Source: Verrucomicrobiota bacterium
Lineage (GTDB): Bacteria > Verrucomicrobiota > Verrucomicrobiia > Limisphaerales > CANJSG01
Length of the DNA stretch: 47,250 nt
Direction of reading: 5' to 3'
Assembly: GCA_038209745.1 (NCBI GenBank)
Contig: JBBQXJ010000033.1
Span: 1 to 47,250, forward strand
Shown: positions 9,741 to 18,860 of the stretch, one piece after another
Layout of the letters: each line of letters begins with the position of its first letter
How positions within the stretch are numbered: position 1 is the stretch's first letter
Position numbers and translations under genes: made by a program
The notes under the pieces: generated by a model
What the model was told of the DNA's origin: nothing
Database searches by the model: none
What the model saw: the letters and a program-made list of their open reading frames with translations, nothing else

Positions 9741-10739
9741 ATGAACACCCCCGAGAGAATCCAGCAGTTCCGCGATGCGTTCCAAAAGCTCCGTGACGAG
9801 ATCGGCAAGGTCATCGTCGGCCACGCCGACATCGTCGATGGCACCCTGACCGCGCTCTTCGGTGGCGGTCACGTGCTCCTTGAAGGCGTGCCTGGCCTCG
9901 GCAAGACGCTCCTCGTCCGCACCCTCAGCGAGGTGATGGACCTTTCCTTCAGCCGCATCCAGTTCACGCCCGACCTCATGCCGGCCGACATTCTCGGCAC
10001 CAACCTCGTCGTCGAGGACGCCAATGGCCGCCGCGCCTTCGAGTTCCAGAAGGGGCCCATCTTCGCGCACCTCCTGCTCGCGGACGAAATCAACCGCGCC
10101 ACGCCCAAGACCCAGTCCGCCATGCTGGAGGCCATGCAGGAAAAGCAGGTGACCGCCGGCGGCGAACTCCGCCCGTTGCCCAAGCCGTTCTTCGTCCTCG
10201 CCACCCAGAACCCCATCGACCAGGAAGGCACCTACCCGCTGCCCGAGGCGCAGCTCGACCGCTTCTTCTTCAAGCTCGTCGTCGGCTATCCCGGATCCGC
10301 CGACATGACCGAGATCCTCAACCGCACGACGGAAGGCCACCACGCGGAGATCCACAAGGTGATCGACGGCGAAGCCTTGACCGAGTTCCAGCAGCTCGTC
10401 CGGCAGGTGCCCGCCGCCACGCATGTGAAGGACTTCGCCGTCCGCCTCGTGCTGGCCACGCATCCCAAGACCGCCACGGCCGCGCCGGTGACGAACCAGT
10501 ATCTGCGCTTCGGCAGCAGCCCTCGCGGCGCCCAATGCCTCCTGCTCGGCAGCAAGGTCCGCGCCCTGACCGAAGGCCGCTACAACGTCAGCATCGACGA
10601 CATCCTCGCCGTTGCGACGCCGACCCTGCGTCATCGCCTGATCCTGAACTTCGAGGCCGAAGCCGAAGGCATCACCACCGACCACGTCATCGCGACGATT
10701 TTGAAGGAATTGCCGAAAGAAGTCGGAGTTGCAGCCTAA
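9741..10739 (+). CDS. moxR: MoxR-family AAA+ ATPase
   Basis: HVLLEGVPGLGKT, RIQFTPDLMPADILG, LADEINRATPKTQSAMLEAM, ATQNPIDQEGTYPLPEAQLDRF. Confidence 0.95.
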   Translation: MNTPERIQQFRDAFQKLRDEIGKVIVGHADIVDGTLTALFGGGHVLLEGVPGLGKTLLVRTLSEVMDLSFSRIQFTPDLMPADILGTNLVVEDANGRRAFEFQKGPIFAHLLLADEINRATPKTQSAMLEAMQEKQVTAGGELRPLPKPFFVLATQNPIDQEGTYPLPEAQLDRFFFKLVVGYPGSADMTEILNRTTEGHHAEIHKVIDGEALTEFQQLVRQVPAATHVKDFAVRLVLATHPKTATAAPVTNQYLRFGSSPRGAQCLLLGSKVRALTEGRYNVSIDDILAVATPTLRHRLILNFEAEAEGITTDHVIATILKELPKEVGVAA

Positions 10740-10765
10740 TCGCGGGGGGAAGTGGAAGCTCAGCT

Positions 10766-11230
10766 TTGGAATCAATTCTTCCGGAAGAACAACGGTGGCC
10801 GGTCTTGCCGGTGATCTTTTTTGGAGGAACGTTCGCCGTCGCCACCTTGCTTTGGATCAAAAAGCGCAGGTTTGTGGGCGGCGGGATCTTCTTCGGAGCA
10901 CTTCTGCTCCTGGCCGTGACTGCTCCTTCCATGAAGCCAGCGCGGTTCGAGGCCCAACGCAACGCCTGCGTCCTGAACTTGGGCGTGATCAACCGGGCCA
11001 AAGTGGATTGGAGCGAGCGGTTCCCGGAGTCCGTCGGAACCGAACTGGCCGTCGAGCAGTTGGCAGGAACCAATCGTTTCTTGAGGCAGTTCCCGACCTG
11101 TCCCGGAGGTGGAATTTACCTCATCGGAAAAGCCGGCGAACTGCCAATCTGCAGCCTCGCAGCGAAAGGGCATCTTTTGGTCGCGACGAACGGCGTTCGA
11201 TCAATCGAATTCGAATCGCTGGGGCGATAG
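10766..11230 (+). CDS. Small membrane protein with pseudopilin-like soluble domain
   Basis: Two TM segments, then AQRNACVLNLGVINRAKVDW and CPGGGIYLIG...PICS...GH; start codon uncertain. Confidence 0.6.
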   Translation: MESILPEEQRWPVLPVIFFGGTFAVATLLWIKKRRFVGGGIFFGALLLLAVTAPSMKPARFEAQRNACVLNLGVINRAKVDWSERFPESVGTELAVEQLAGTNRFLRQFPTCPGGGIYLIGKAGELPICSLAAKGHLLVATNGVRSIEFESLGR

Positions 11231-11258
11231 GAGGAACAACACTTCTGACGGTTGGCGG

Positions 11259-11625
11259 CTATTTCACCGGCACCAGAATCTCCACGTTCTTGAACCACTT
11301 CTTCGCAGTCCTGGCCGCCGTGGACCTGGAGCGCCAGATTGCCTTCCTTGCGGCCCGGATCGGTTTCGATGCTGCCGCTGAGAGCATGCACGACCATGGT
11401 GTTTCATTGGCCGGGCTTGAACCACTTCTTCACCTCCTCGGCCGTCGGCTGGGCGACCCACGAACGGCCGTTGGTTTCGTAGATGCCGCCGACGTCCTGG
11501 ACGGAATCGATCTCGGCTTGGAAGCCGGTGACTCCGCTGGATCCGGTCTCTGCGATGCGGAAGTAGAGGCCGCTGTTGCCCTTCACCGACTTGAAGTTAA
11601 GCCCAAAACGGTCGCGTCCATCTCT
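11259..11625 (-). pseudogene. DUF1080 (3-keto-disaccharide hydrolase family 16-like) C-terminal remnant
   Basis: KGNSGLYFR...GFQAEID...GGIYETNGRSW...KPGQ*NTMVV...GNLALQVHGGQD, then frameshift to WFKNVEILVPVK*; lacks N-terminus. Confidence 0.75.
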
Positions 11626-11653
11626 GCCGGAAGCCGCTGACAGCGCACCGGTC

Positions 11654-11848
11654 TCAAAAGAGCGTGTAGATGAACGGGGCGAGGCCGGTGCCGGAGAGGA
11701 GGATCAGCAGGCCGAAGATAAGGAAGATCACCAGGATCGGCAGCAGCCACCACTTCTTGTTGTGCTTCAGGAAGCCGATGAAGTCGCGGACGAACCCGCC
11801 CTGGCTCGACTGGTCGGCGGCTTTCTCGAACTGGCTCTTGGGTTTCAT
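11654..11848 (-). CDS. DUF5989 / SxtK-like small membrane protein
   Basis: FLKHNKKWWLLPI...APFIYTLF, the typical family ending. Confidence 0.9.
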   Translation of the reverse strand: MKPKSQFEKAADQSSQGGFVRDFIGFLKHNKKWWLLPILVIFLIFGLLILLSGTGLAPFIYTLF

Positions 11849-11875
11849 CGCTAGGAAAAACTTGCCACGAGAGGT

Positions 11876-12289
11876 TCAGAATTGCCGCAAATATCTGGCG
11901 GGATCGGGGGGCGTATCTCGTGTCTCCCACATCGTACCGTTCGGCGGTGGACGGCGTAGTTTGAGGGCGTCACGGCCCTTGATCCGGAAGAACAGGGCGA
12001 GCGGCGTCAGGACGAGATAGAAGAGGATGCCGAGAATCAGCTGGGTGACGATCCAGCCAATGGGGAACGCCGCGATCGAAGCGCCGACAAACACCCAGCG
12101 CATCAGCGAGGGACGGATCAATCCCGCCAGGCCGATCAACGCCACCACGCCGAGGACCTGCGCATTTGTGGGATGGTGATGCCGCCAGAGCTGGGTCGCG
12201 GCGAGGAGGCCGAAGACGAAGATCCATGCACCGGAGAATTGCCGGAGGATGCGGGCGGATGGGTCTTGCGGAATCTGGGACCAGGTCAT
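11876..12289 (-). CDS. SxtJ-family membrane protein
   Basis: LRQF start region, hydrophobic segments, PIGW...ILGILFYLVLTP...GRDAL, C-terminal YLRQF. Confidence 0.88.
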   Translation of the reverse strand: MTWSQIPQDPSARILRQFSGAWIFVFGLLAATQLWRHHHPTNAQVLGVVALIGLAGLIRPSLMRWVFVGASIAAFPIGWIVTQLILGILFYLVLTPLALFFRIKGRDALKLRRPPPNGTMWETRDTPPDPARYLRQF

Positions 12290-12313
12290 GGCAAGTTGGG
12301 ATGAACCGATGCG

Positions 12314-14200
12314 TCAGTCGGGCGCGAACTGGGCGAGGTGCTGCTGCGTCTGCGCGGAGGACACGTGGTCCTTCAGGTCGGTCTTCAGCAGCACGCAGTC
12401 TTCCAGCACGAGGACGTCCATTTCCGTCGCGAGGAAACACCGCCAGGCGTCTTCGGGCGTACACACGATGGGTTCGCCTCGGACGTTGAAGCTGGTGTTG
12501 ACCAGGACGGGACATCCCGTTTGGCGCTCGAACGTCTGGAGCAGTCGATGGAAGCGGCCGTGCCGTTCGGCGTCCACCGTCTGGATGCGGGCGCTGAAGT
12601 CGACATGCGTGATCGCGGGCAGGGTGGAGCGGGGGATGTTGACCCGGCGGCGGAGGTCGGGATCGCCGGCCATGACGGCGGCATCGTCGGCCGACAATGT
12701 GGCGCGAAGCTCAGGGCGGACTTTGGCGACGAGGAGCATGTAGGGACTTTCGGCGTGGGCCGGCAGATCGAAGATCCCGGAGGCGCGCTCGCGCAGCACC
12801 ACGGGGGCGAAGGGCCGGAAGCTCTCCCGGTATTTGATCTTCACGTTCATGGCCGCCTGCATCGCGGTGTTTCGCGGATCGCCGAGAATGCTGCGGGCGC
12901 CGAGCGCACGGGGGCCGAACTCCATCCGCCCATGGAACCAGCCGACGATCTTGCCGCCGGCGAGATGGCCGGCGACTTCGTCGAGCAGCGCGGCTTCCGC
13001 GCCGATCCGGCGGCAGGGGGCCTTGACGCTGCGGAGAAATGTCTCCACGTCGTCGGAGGAAAATCGGGGGCCGAGGAGGCTGCCCTGTTGCGCGTCGGGG
13101 GCGAAGGCGACGGTGGGTTTCCCGCTCCTTTGTTCGGCGTCCCTTGGATTCTCCAAAAGCTGGTGCCAAGTGAAGAGCGCGGCACCGAGGGCGCCGCCGG
13201 CATCGCCCGAGGCGGGCTGGATCCACAGGTTCTCGAACGGCCCTTCTTGCAGCAGACGACCGTTGGCCACGCAGTTCAGGGCGACGCCTCCCGCCAGCAC
13301 GAGGTTCTTTTCGCCGGTCAGCCGATGCGCTTCGCGGGCCATGCGAAGGACGGTTTCTTCGGTCACCGCCTGGATGCTGGCGGCGAGGTCCATGTGGCGT
13401 TGTTCGATCCGGGATTCGGGATCGCGCGCCGGTCCACCGAAGAGCGCGTCGAAGCGCTCGTTTGTCATGGTGAGGCCCTGGCAGTAGTTGAAATACGCCA
13501 TGTCCATCCAGAGGCTGCCGTCGTCCTTCAGATCGATCAGGCGTTCGCGGATCAGGTCGGCATAGACGGGGCGACCATAGGGTGCGAGGCCCATCAGCTT
13601 GTATTCGCCGCTGTTCACCTTGAAGCCGCAGTAGTGGGTGAAGGCCGAGTAGAGGAGTCCGATCGAATGAGGGAACGACATCTCCCGCAGCAGCCGCATC
13701 GCACGGCCCTGGCCCTGGCCGATCGTGGCGGTGCTCCATTCGCCGACGCCGTCGATGGTCAGGATGGCGGCGGTCTCGAACGGGCTGGGGAAGAACGCGC
13801 TGGCGGCGTGGCTTTCGTGGTGCTCGGTGAAGACGAACCTGGCCTGTTTCGCGCCGGGCAGGCTCTTCTTCAAGGTGCGCCGGAGGTAGACCTTGTCCTT
13901 CAGCCAGATCGGCATCGCCCTGCGGAAGCTCTTGAAGCCGGCGGGCGCAAAGGCGAGGTAGGTCTCCAGCAACCGGTCGAACTTCAGCAACGGCTTGTCG
14001 TAAAAGGCCACGTAGTCGAGGTCGCCCTCGGTGAGGCCGGCTTCCTCCAGACAATAGGCGACGGCATGGGCGGGGAAGTCGGGATCGTGTTTCTTGCGGG
14101 TGAAGCGCTCCTCCTGGGCGGCGGCCACGATGCGGCCGTCCACCACGAGGGAGGCGGCGCTGTCATGGTAGAAGGCGGAGATGCCGAGGATGCGCGTCAT
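12314..14200 (-). CDS. Carbamoyltransferase, NodU/CmcH/SxtI family
   Basis: ILGISAFYHDSAA, QEERFTRKKHD, EHHESHAASAF, EYKLMGLAPYG, GRMEFGPRALGARSI, KYRESFRPFAP, NTSFNVRGEPIV. Confidence 0.95.
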   Translation of the reverse strand: MTRILGISAFYHDSAASLVVDGRIVAAAQEERFTRKKHDPDFPAHAVAYCLEEAGLTEGDLDYVAFYDKPLLKFDRLLETYLAFAPAGFKSFRRAMPIWLKDKVYLRRTLKKSLPGAKQARFVFTEHHESHAASAFFPSPFETAAILTIDGVGEWSTATIGQGQGRAMRLLREMSFPHSIGLLYSAFTHYCGFKVNSGEYKLMGLAPYGRPVYADLIRERLIDLKDDGSLWMDMAYFNYCQGLTMTNERFDALFGGPARDPESRIEQRHMDLAASIQAVTEETVLRMAREAHRLTGEKNLVLAGGVALNCVANGRLLQEGPFENLWIQPASGDAGGALGAALFTWHQLLENPRDAEQRSGKPTVAFAPDAQQGSLLGPRFSSDDVETFLRSVKAPCRRIGAEAALLDEVAGHLAGGKIVGWFHGRMEFGPRALGARSILGDPRNTAMQAAMNVKIKYRESFRPFAPVVLRERASGIFDLPAHAESPYMLLVAKVRPELRATLSADDAAVMAGDPDLRRRVNIPRSTLPAITHVDFSARIQTVDAERHGRFHRLLQTFERQTGCPVLVNTSFNVRGEPIVCTPEDAWRCFLATEMDVLVLEDCVLLKTDLKDHVSSAQTQQHLAQFAPD

Positions 14201-14308
14201 CGGGAAAGCTGCGCGGAGTGAAGCCGGTCCGGCCCCCGGGTGACAAGCCCCGGCTGAGTCCGGCATTCAAACTTGTCACCCGTCCATCCGGATAAGAATC
14301 TGCCGACC

Positions 14309-15802
14309 ATGACGACGCCTGCCCAACGTCTTGGATCCCTCCTTTGTCTGTCGTTGCTGCTCGGTGGATCGTTCCGGCTAGCGGCCGCCCAGGCACCGGC
14401 CATTCCAGACTATCAGATCGGCGACAGCGCGACCGGCACCGTGAAGACGCCCGTGCGCATCCGCTTCGTCGACCCGGCTGCCACCGAGGCGGAACGCGAG
14501 GCCAAGGCGCGGGAAGTCCACCCTTTCTTCCGCTACGTGTCCGGGGTCAGCAATTCGGTGGAGAGCGCCTTCCGCAACGCCTACAACCAAAGCCGCGCCG
14601 GATTTCTCCAGTCCTGCGAAAAATCCCTCGGCAAAGCGGCCTTCGGGCGCGGCGGTTTGGACGACGAGACCCTGGCCAAAGTCCGGTCCTCGTTCCAACG
14701 ATCGAACAATGGCTTCCCGGTGACCTTGGACCTGGCCCGGCTCTGGACGTCGGGCGACGATGGAATGGCGCAGCAGAACCGCTGGGCCGAGACGCTCCGA
14801 CAGGCGACCTCCAGGGTGATCCGGCCGTCGGGCACCTGGTCGGGATCTTCTATTACCGCGAAGGAAGTCCGACTGCTCCCGGTCGCGGCCTTCGACGAGA
14901 CGATCAGCCTGTATGATGCCGAGCGGAAATGCCGGATGTTCCGGCGCTCCACCATGGTGCCGTTGAACCGCGCCCGGCAGGAACTGGAAGACACCTTCGC
15001 CCCGACGGAACGGGAGGTGGCGAAGTTCCTCTCCGCCCTCGTCGAACCCAACTGCGACTTCGACCACGACCTCACGCGACAATCGGCGTTCCCCATGACC
15101 AACGATCTCTGGGCCTACAGCCAGCTCGACGCCGGCGAGACGGTGGTCGAGGCCGGTCAAACGATCGACGCCCGGACCAAGGCCGCCCTCGACGAGGTCC
15201 GCCGCGGTTCCGCGTTGACCATCGCGAGCAGCCAGGTCGCCCAAGCACCGGCCGAAGTTGCCCCGGTCCGCAACGACGCGGCGGAAGCTTCCGGGGCGAC
15301 CGCGCGGATGAACGCCGAACTGGAGCGCGTCCGGGCGGAAGGCGTCGCGAAACAGCAGCAGATCATCCGCTGGGCCGGGATCGCGTTCTGCCTCCTGGGC
15401 GTCGCCGCCATCGGCCTTTGGTGGAAGGTCATCAAACGTCGCCCGCGGATGTCGATGGTCCGCCGTTCCGGAGAGGCGACCCTCGTCCGCCGGGAGCCGT
15501 CCCAGCCCATCGCGACGACCTCCATGCCCTACGCGATGCGGCGAATGCTCCACGAGCGCGGCTCGCTGCTCGCCTGCCAGGAACAGGCGGAAAGCGAGAT
15601 CCAACGCTTCGAGCAAGGTCTGCTCGAGCTCCATACCCCGCTCAACGAGCGCCTGAAAGCCTACGAGCAACGCATCGTTGATCTGGAACGGCAGCTCGCC
15701 AGCCGGACCGAGGAGAACCGGGAGCTGATCCGCGCCGCGATCGACACCACCCGCCGTAAGCTGGCGGTGGAACGCGAGGCCCGCTCGATCAGGGTGAATT
15801 GA
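14309..15802 (+). CDS. Membrane protein: signal peptide, 7TM-HD extracellular (HDED)-like domain, one TM, coiled-coil tail
   Basis: YQIGD..., VDPAATEAERE, EPNCDFD, AGETVVEAGQTI resemble the HDED ectodomain; TM WAGIAFCLLGVAAIGLWW; tail RLKAYEQRIVDLERQL. Confidence 0.65.
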   Translation: MTTPAQRLGSLLCLSLLLGGSFRLAAAQAPAIPDYQIGDSATGTVKTPVRIRFVDPAATEAEREAKAREVHPFFRYVSGVSNSVESAFRNAYNQSRAGFLQSCEKSLGKAAFGRGGLDDETLAKVRSSFQRSNNGFPVTLDLARLWTSGDDGMAQQNRWAETLRQATSRVIRPSGTWSGSSITAKEVRLLPVAAFDETISLYDAERKCRMFRRSTMVPLNRARQELEDTFAPTEREVAKFLSALVEPNCDFDHDLTRQSAFPMTNDLWAYSQLDAGETVVEAGQTIDARTKAALDEVRRGSALTIASSQVAQAPAEVAPVRNDAAEASGATARMNAELERVRAEGVAKQQQIIRWAGIAFCLLGVAAIGLWWKVIKRRPRMSMVRRSGEATLVRREPSQPIATTSMPYAMRRMLHERGSLLACQEQAESEIQRFEQGLLELHTPLNERLKAYEQRIVDLERQLASRTEENRELIRAAIDTTRRKLAVEREARSIRVN

Positions 15803-16132
15803 TCCGGGGTCGGTCGGATTGTCGGCGAAATGGCTGCCCGACCAACGGGATGCCCATCATCCGTTCCTTCTTTCCGGGGTCGTTTTCTGGAGGGCGACGG
15901 CCTGCGCGATTCCGTCCGGCAGTTTGATTGGCCTCGTTTCAGCGTTCGCACGGGACGAGGGAAAGATTGTCCAAGACTTGAGCCGCCCGACCGATATTCC
16001 GCCGGCGAATCCATAGGATCATCCGACCCTGAATCCGCGCACTGGCTCGGCCAGCAGGGATTCCTGACGAGGTGATGGGAACATCGGACCGGGCGTTCAA
16101 CGAGGGAATGGTGGAGTCGAGCGCCTAGCCTG

Positions 16133-16205
16133 GTTTAAGAAAACTCGTAGCTTGTGGGCCCGTGCCCGAAGGCCTTGAAGAGCACGGCCACGACGGTTCT
16201 TAAAC
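16133..16205. repeat. Palindromic element (MITE/REP-like hairpin)
   Basis: Terminal inverted repeat GTTTAAGAA...TTCTTAAAC with inner pairings TCGT/ACGA and CCGTGC/GCACGG. Confidence 0.55.
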
Positions 16206-16214
16206 TGCTCCCGC

Positions 16215-16544
16215 TTACGCCGAAGCCCGCTGCTGTTTGATCGCCGTTTCGAAGCAGTTGAGCGCTTCGGTGAACCGTTCGAACTGGTTGAGCACCGAAG
16301 CCTTGGCCAACTGCGCCTGGTTGAAATCGGGCCGGATCGCCAGCGTGGGGTCGTAGCAGACGAGCCGCTCCAGCGCGGCCGCCTTTTTCATCAGTCCCTG
16401 TCCCTTGCCGATGAGCGCACTCAGTGCAGCGCCGTGGCCGATGGCCGGAGCGCCCGGATGATCGGATCCATGCAGCAGGGAGTTCGAAGGGACTTCCTCC
16501 AGTTCGCCGATCCGCTTTTCAAACCGGCCCAGCGCGTGGAAGAG
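16215..16544 (-). pseudogene. TPR-protein C-terminal remnant
   Basis: Startless frame [16 protein letters not shown]...[22 protein letters not shown]...[29 protein letters not shown] units appear shortened. Confidence 0.6.
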
Positions 16545-16730
16545 TTAGCAGGCCGGCGAGGAGGGGCTGGATTCGGATGCGGGGCCTCATGGGTGTGGGA
16601 ACCAACCCCGTTCCAAAGTAGGAAGCACCCCGGTGAATTCAAAGCCCGATTCTCCCGTGGATCCGTTGACGGCCGGTCGAAGTCCCCGCTTCCCTTGACC
16701 CGCGTTTCCGCGTTAATTCGCGCATCTGAT

Positions 16731-17906
16731 ATGAGCAAAACGCCCGCCCACAAGATCTCGAAGAAGTTCGCCTCCTATCCGCGCCTCAATCCTTTCGGCG
16801 TCGGCAAGAACATCTCGGCCGCCGACCTCATCGACCAGTCGATGCTCGCCTACAATGGCGGACGTCTCCGCGAGGCGGCCCAGCTCCTCGCCAAGAAGAT
16901 GCTGCCCAACGACGGCTTCATCGGCTTGTCCCTCACCGGCGCCCTCACGCCCGCCGGCCTCGGCAAGAGCTGCCTCATCCCGCTGATGAAGGGCGGCTAC
17001 ATCGACTGGATCATCTCCACCGGCGCCAATCTCTACCACGACCTGCACTTCGGCCTGGACATGAAGCTGCACTCCGGCACGCCGTTCCTCGACGACACCG
17101 AGCTGCACAAGGAAGGCGTCATCCGCATCTACGACGTGCTCTTCGACTACAACGTCCTGCTCGATACCGACGCCTTCGTCCGCGAGGTGATCCAGGGCCC
17201 CGAGTTCCAGAAGACGATGGGCACCGACGAGTTCCACTACCTGCTCGGGAAATACGTGAAAGCCCGCCAGAAGAAACTCGGCATCAAGGACAGCTCCGTC
17301 CTGGCCACCGCCTACGAGTGCGGCATCCCGATCTTCACCAGCAGCCCCGGGGATTCGAGCATCGGCATGAACGTCGCCGCCATGTCCATGCGCGGCTCGC
17401 TCCTCCTGCCCGATGTGAACCGCGACGTGAACCAGACCGCCGGCATCGTCTACCACGCCAAGTCCACCGGCCACACCAGCAGCGTCTTCATTCTCGGCGG
17501 CGGCAGTCCGAAGAACTTCATGCTCCAGACCGAGCCGCAGATCCAGGAGGTCATGGGCATCCAGGAGAAGGGCCACGACTACTTCCTCCAATGCACCGAT
17601 GCGCGCCCCGACACCGGCGGCCTCAGCGGCGCCACCCCGGCCGAAGCCGTCAGCTGGGGCAAGGTCGATCCGGACAAGCTGCCCGACTCCGTCGTCTGCT
17701 ACACCGACAGCACCATCGCCCTGCCGCTCCTGACCGCCTACGTGACCGCCCGGGTGAAGCCCCGCAAGCTCAAGCGCCTCTACGACCACCGCGACGCCAT
17801 CCTCGAAACCGTCCGCAGCAAGTATCTCAAGCTCGGCACCGTCACGAAAGTCCTCACCAGCCGGAAGATCGCCAAACGCGGCAGCAGCATCGGATTGAAG
17901 AAGTAG
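16731..17906 (+). CDS. Deoxyhypusine synthase-like protein (probable homospermidine synthase)
   Basis: [46 protein letters not shown] with the catalytic Lys; start MSKTPAHK at 16731. Confidence 0.92.
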   Translation: MSKTPAHKISKKFASYPRLNPFGVGKNISAADLIDQSMLAYNGGRLREAAQLLAKKMLPNDGFIGLSLTGALTPAGLGKSCLIPLMKGGYIDWIISTGANLYHDLHFGLDMKLHSGTPFLDDTELHKEGVIRIYDVLFDYNVLLDTDAFVREVIQGPEFQKTMGTDEFHYLLGKYVKARQKKLGIKDSSVLATAYECGIPIFTSSPGDSSIGMNVAAMSMRGSLLLPDVNRDVNQTAGIVYHAKSTGHTSSVFILGGGSPKNFMLQTEPQIQEVMGIQEKGHDYFLQCTDARPDTGGLSGATPAEAVSWGKVDPDKLPDSVVCYTDSTIALPLLTAYVTARVKPRKLKRLYDHRDAILETVRSKYLKLGTVTKVLTSRKIAKRGSSIGLKK

Positions 17907-17956
17907 AACGCCGCGCCGGATCACGGCTTCGCAGCGGTGAACGGGAATTGGCCGAC

Positions 17957-18106
17957 GGTAGGGCACTGGCTCCCGCCAGGCTGCCATTTGATCCGCTACC
18001 GCCGCAGGGGCTGCTCTGGCAACTCCGGAACGCTCCGGTGTTGCCAGAATCACAGACAAGAGAGGAGTTCGCCCACAGGCGGCTCGGCGGGAGCGGTCGC
18101 CCTAAC
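17957..18106. repeat. Inverted pair of GTAG-type REP sequences (REPIN-like) enclosing a hairpin
   Basis: GGTAGGGCACTGGCTCCCGCCAGGCTGCC (17957-17985) and GGCGGCTCGGCGGGAGCGGTCGCCCTAAC (18078-18106); inner stem TCTGGCAAC...GTTGCCAGA (18015-18048). Confidence 0.65.
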
Positions 18107-18265
18107 TCCCGCACTCCCGCGAATGGTTTCTGGCGAACTTCCGTTTGCCCCGCCGTGCCATCCTACGTCTGCGGCTTCCCGTCATCTCGCCTTTCCGCCG
18201 CTCGCAACATCTCGTTTTCATTCTCACCACTAGATGCCGGACGTCTCGCACACCTTCACCGAAGA

Positions 18266-18679
18266 ATGAGGCACGAGGCACTCAATCGAACGACGATTGC
18301 CCTAATTACGGTTGCGTTGTTTGTCGTGTCTTGTTGGGCGTGGTTTCTTTCCGCGACTTGCTGCGCCGATGGCCACGAGTCATTCCGCGACAAGTTCGAG
18401 TGGTCGATTTTGCAGGCACTTGAGGCCAATCAACGCGGAATACCTATTTTCTCAGTCGAGTTCACTACGCAACACGACTGTTCGATCATTTGCCTCCCCG
18501 CACACAACGGAGAGCGGACTTGGATTATGCTCAACCCGAAGAGCCCGCCCTACGACGAGCAAGTGCCACAGACCGAATACTCGCTTTCTGAGGAGCAGTA
18601 TTCTCGGATTACTCGAAATTATCGGCCGATTTCCACGGTCGAGGTATGCTTGTCCTCCCATGTTCAGGGCAAACCATGA
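18266..18679 (+). CDS. Hypothetical protein with N-terminal hydrophobic anchor
   Basis: MRHEALNRTTIALITVALFVVSCWAWF; visibly more AT-rich than neighbouring genes; no recognised family. Confidence 0.5.
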   Translation: MRHEALNRTTIALITVALFVVSCWAWFLSATCCADGHESFRDKFEWSILQALEANQRGIPIFSVEFTTQHDCSIICLPAHNGERTWIMLNPKSPPYDEQVPQTEYSLSEEQYSRITRNYRPISTVEVCLSSHVQGKP

Positions 18680-18860
18680 ATCAACCGGCGCCTCCCGAGA
18701 CACTGATCGTGTGAGCTGCTGTTCGGGAACAAGGGCATAGTCGATGGAAAGAGCGAGTTGGGCGAAAGACGGCTGGTTTCGGCGGGTGAAACCCCGAAAT
18801 CGGGGATGGAGCGGTTGTTGCAGCGGTGTGATGAGTCAGGCATCGTTGACATCCTATCCC

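Noticed and set aside
11265..11275. CACCGGCACCA identical to the tRNA-Leu 3' end (possible attR)
   Set aside because: Only 11 bp and GC-rich, lies within DUF1080 codons, and the enclosed interval contains housekeeping purN and no integrase
11654..14200. Saxitoxin biosynthesis cluster
   Set aside because: Only sxtIJK-like genes are present; no sxtA, sxtG or other pathway genes in the window
16434..16730. Long N-terminal extensions given by the ORF track (also 9531, 4814, 29536, 32201, 44895, 46688)
   Set aside because: Family similarity begins at downstream starts; the extensions overlap spacers, remnants or adjacent genes
18680..18730. Possible degenerate attC site after the orphan gene
   Set aside because: No clear RYYYAAC/GTTRRRY pair with a matching stem, and no integron integrase in the window
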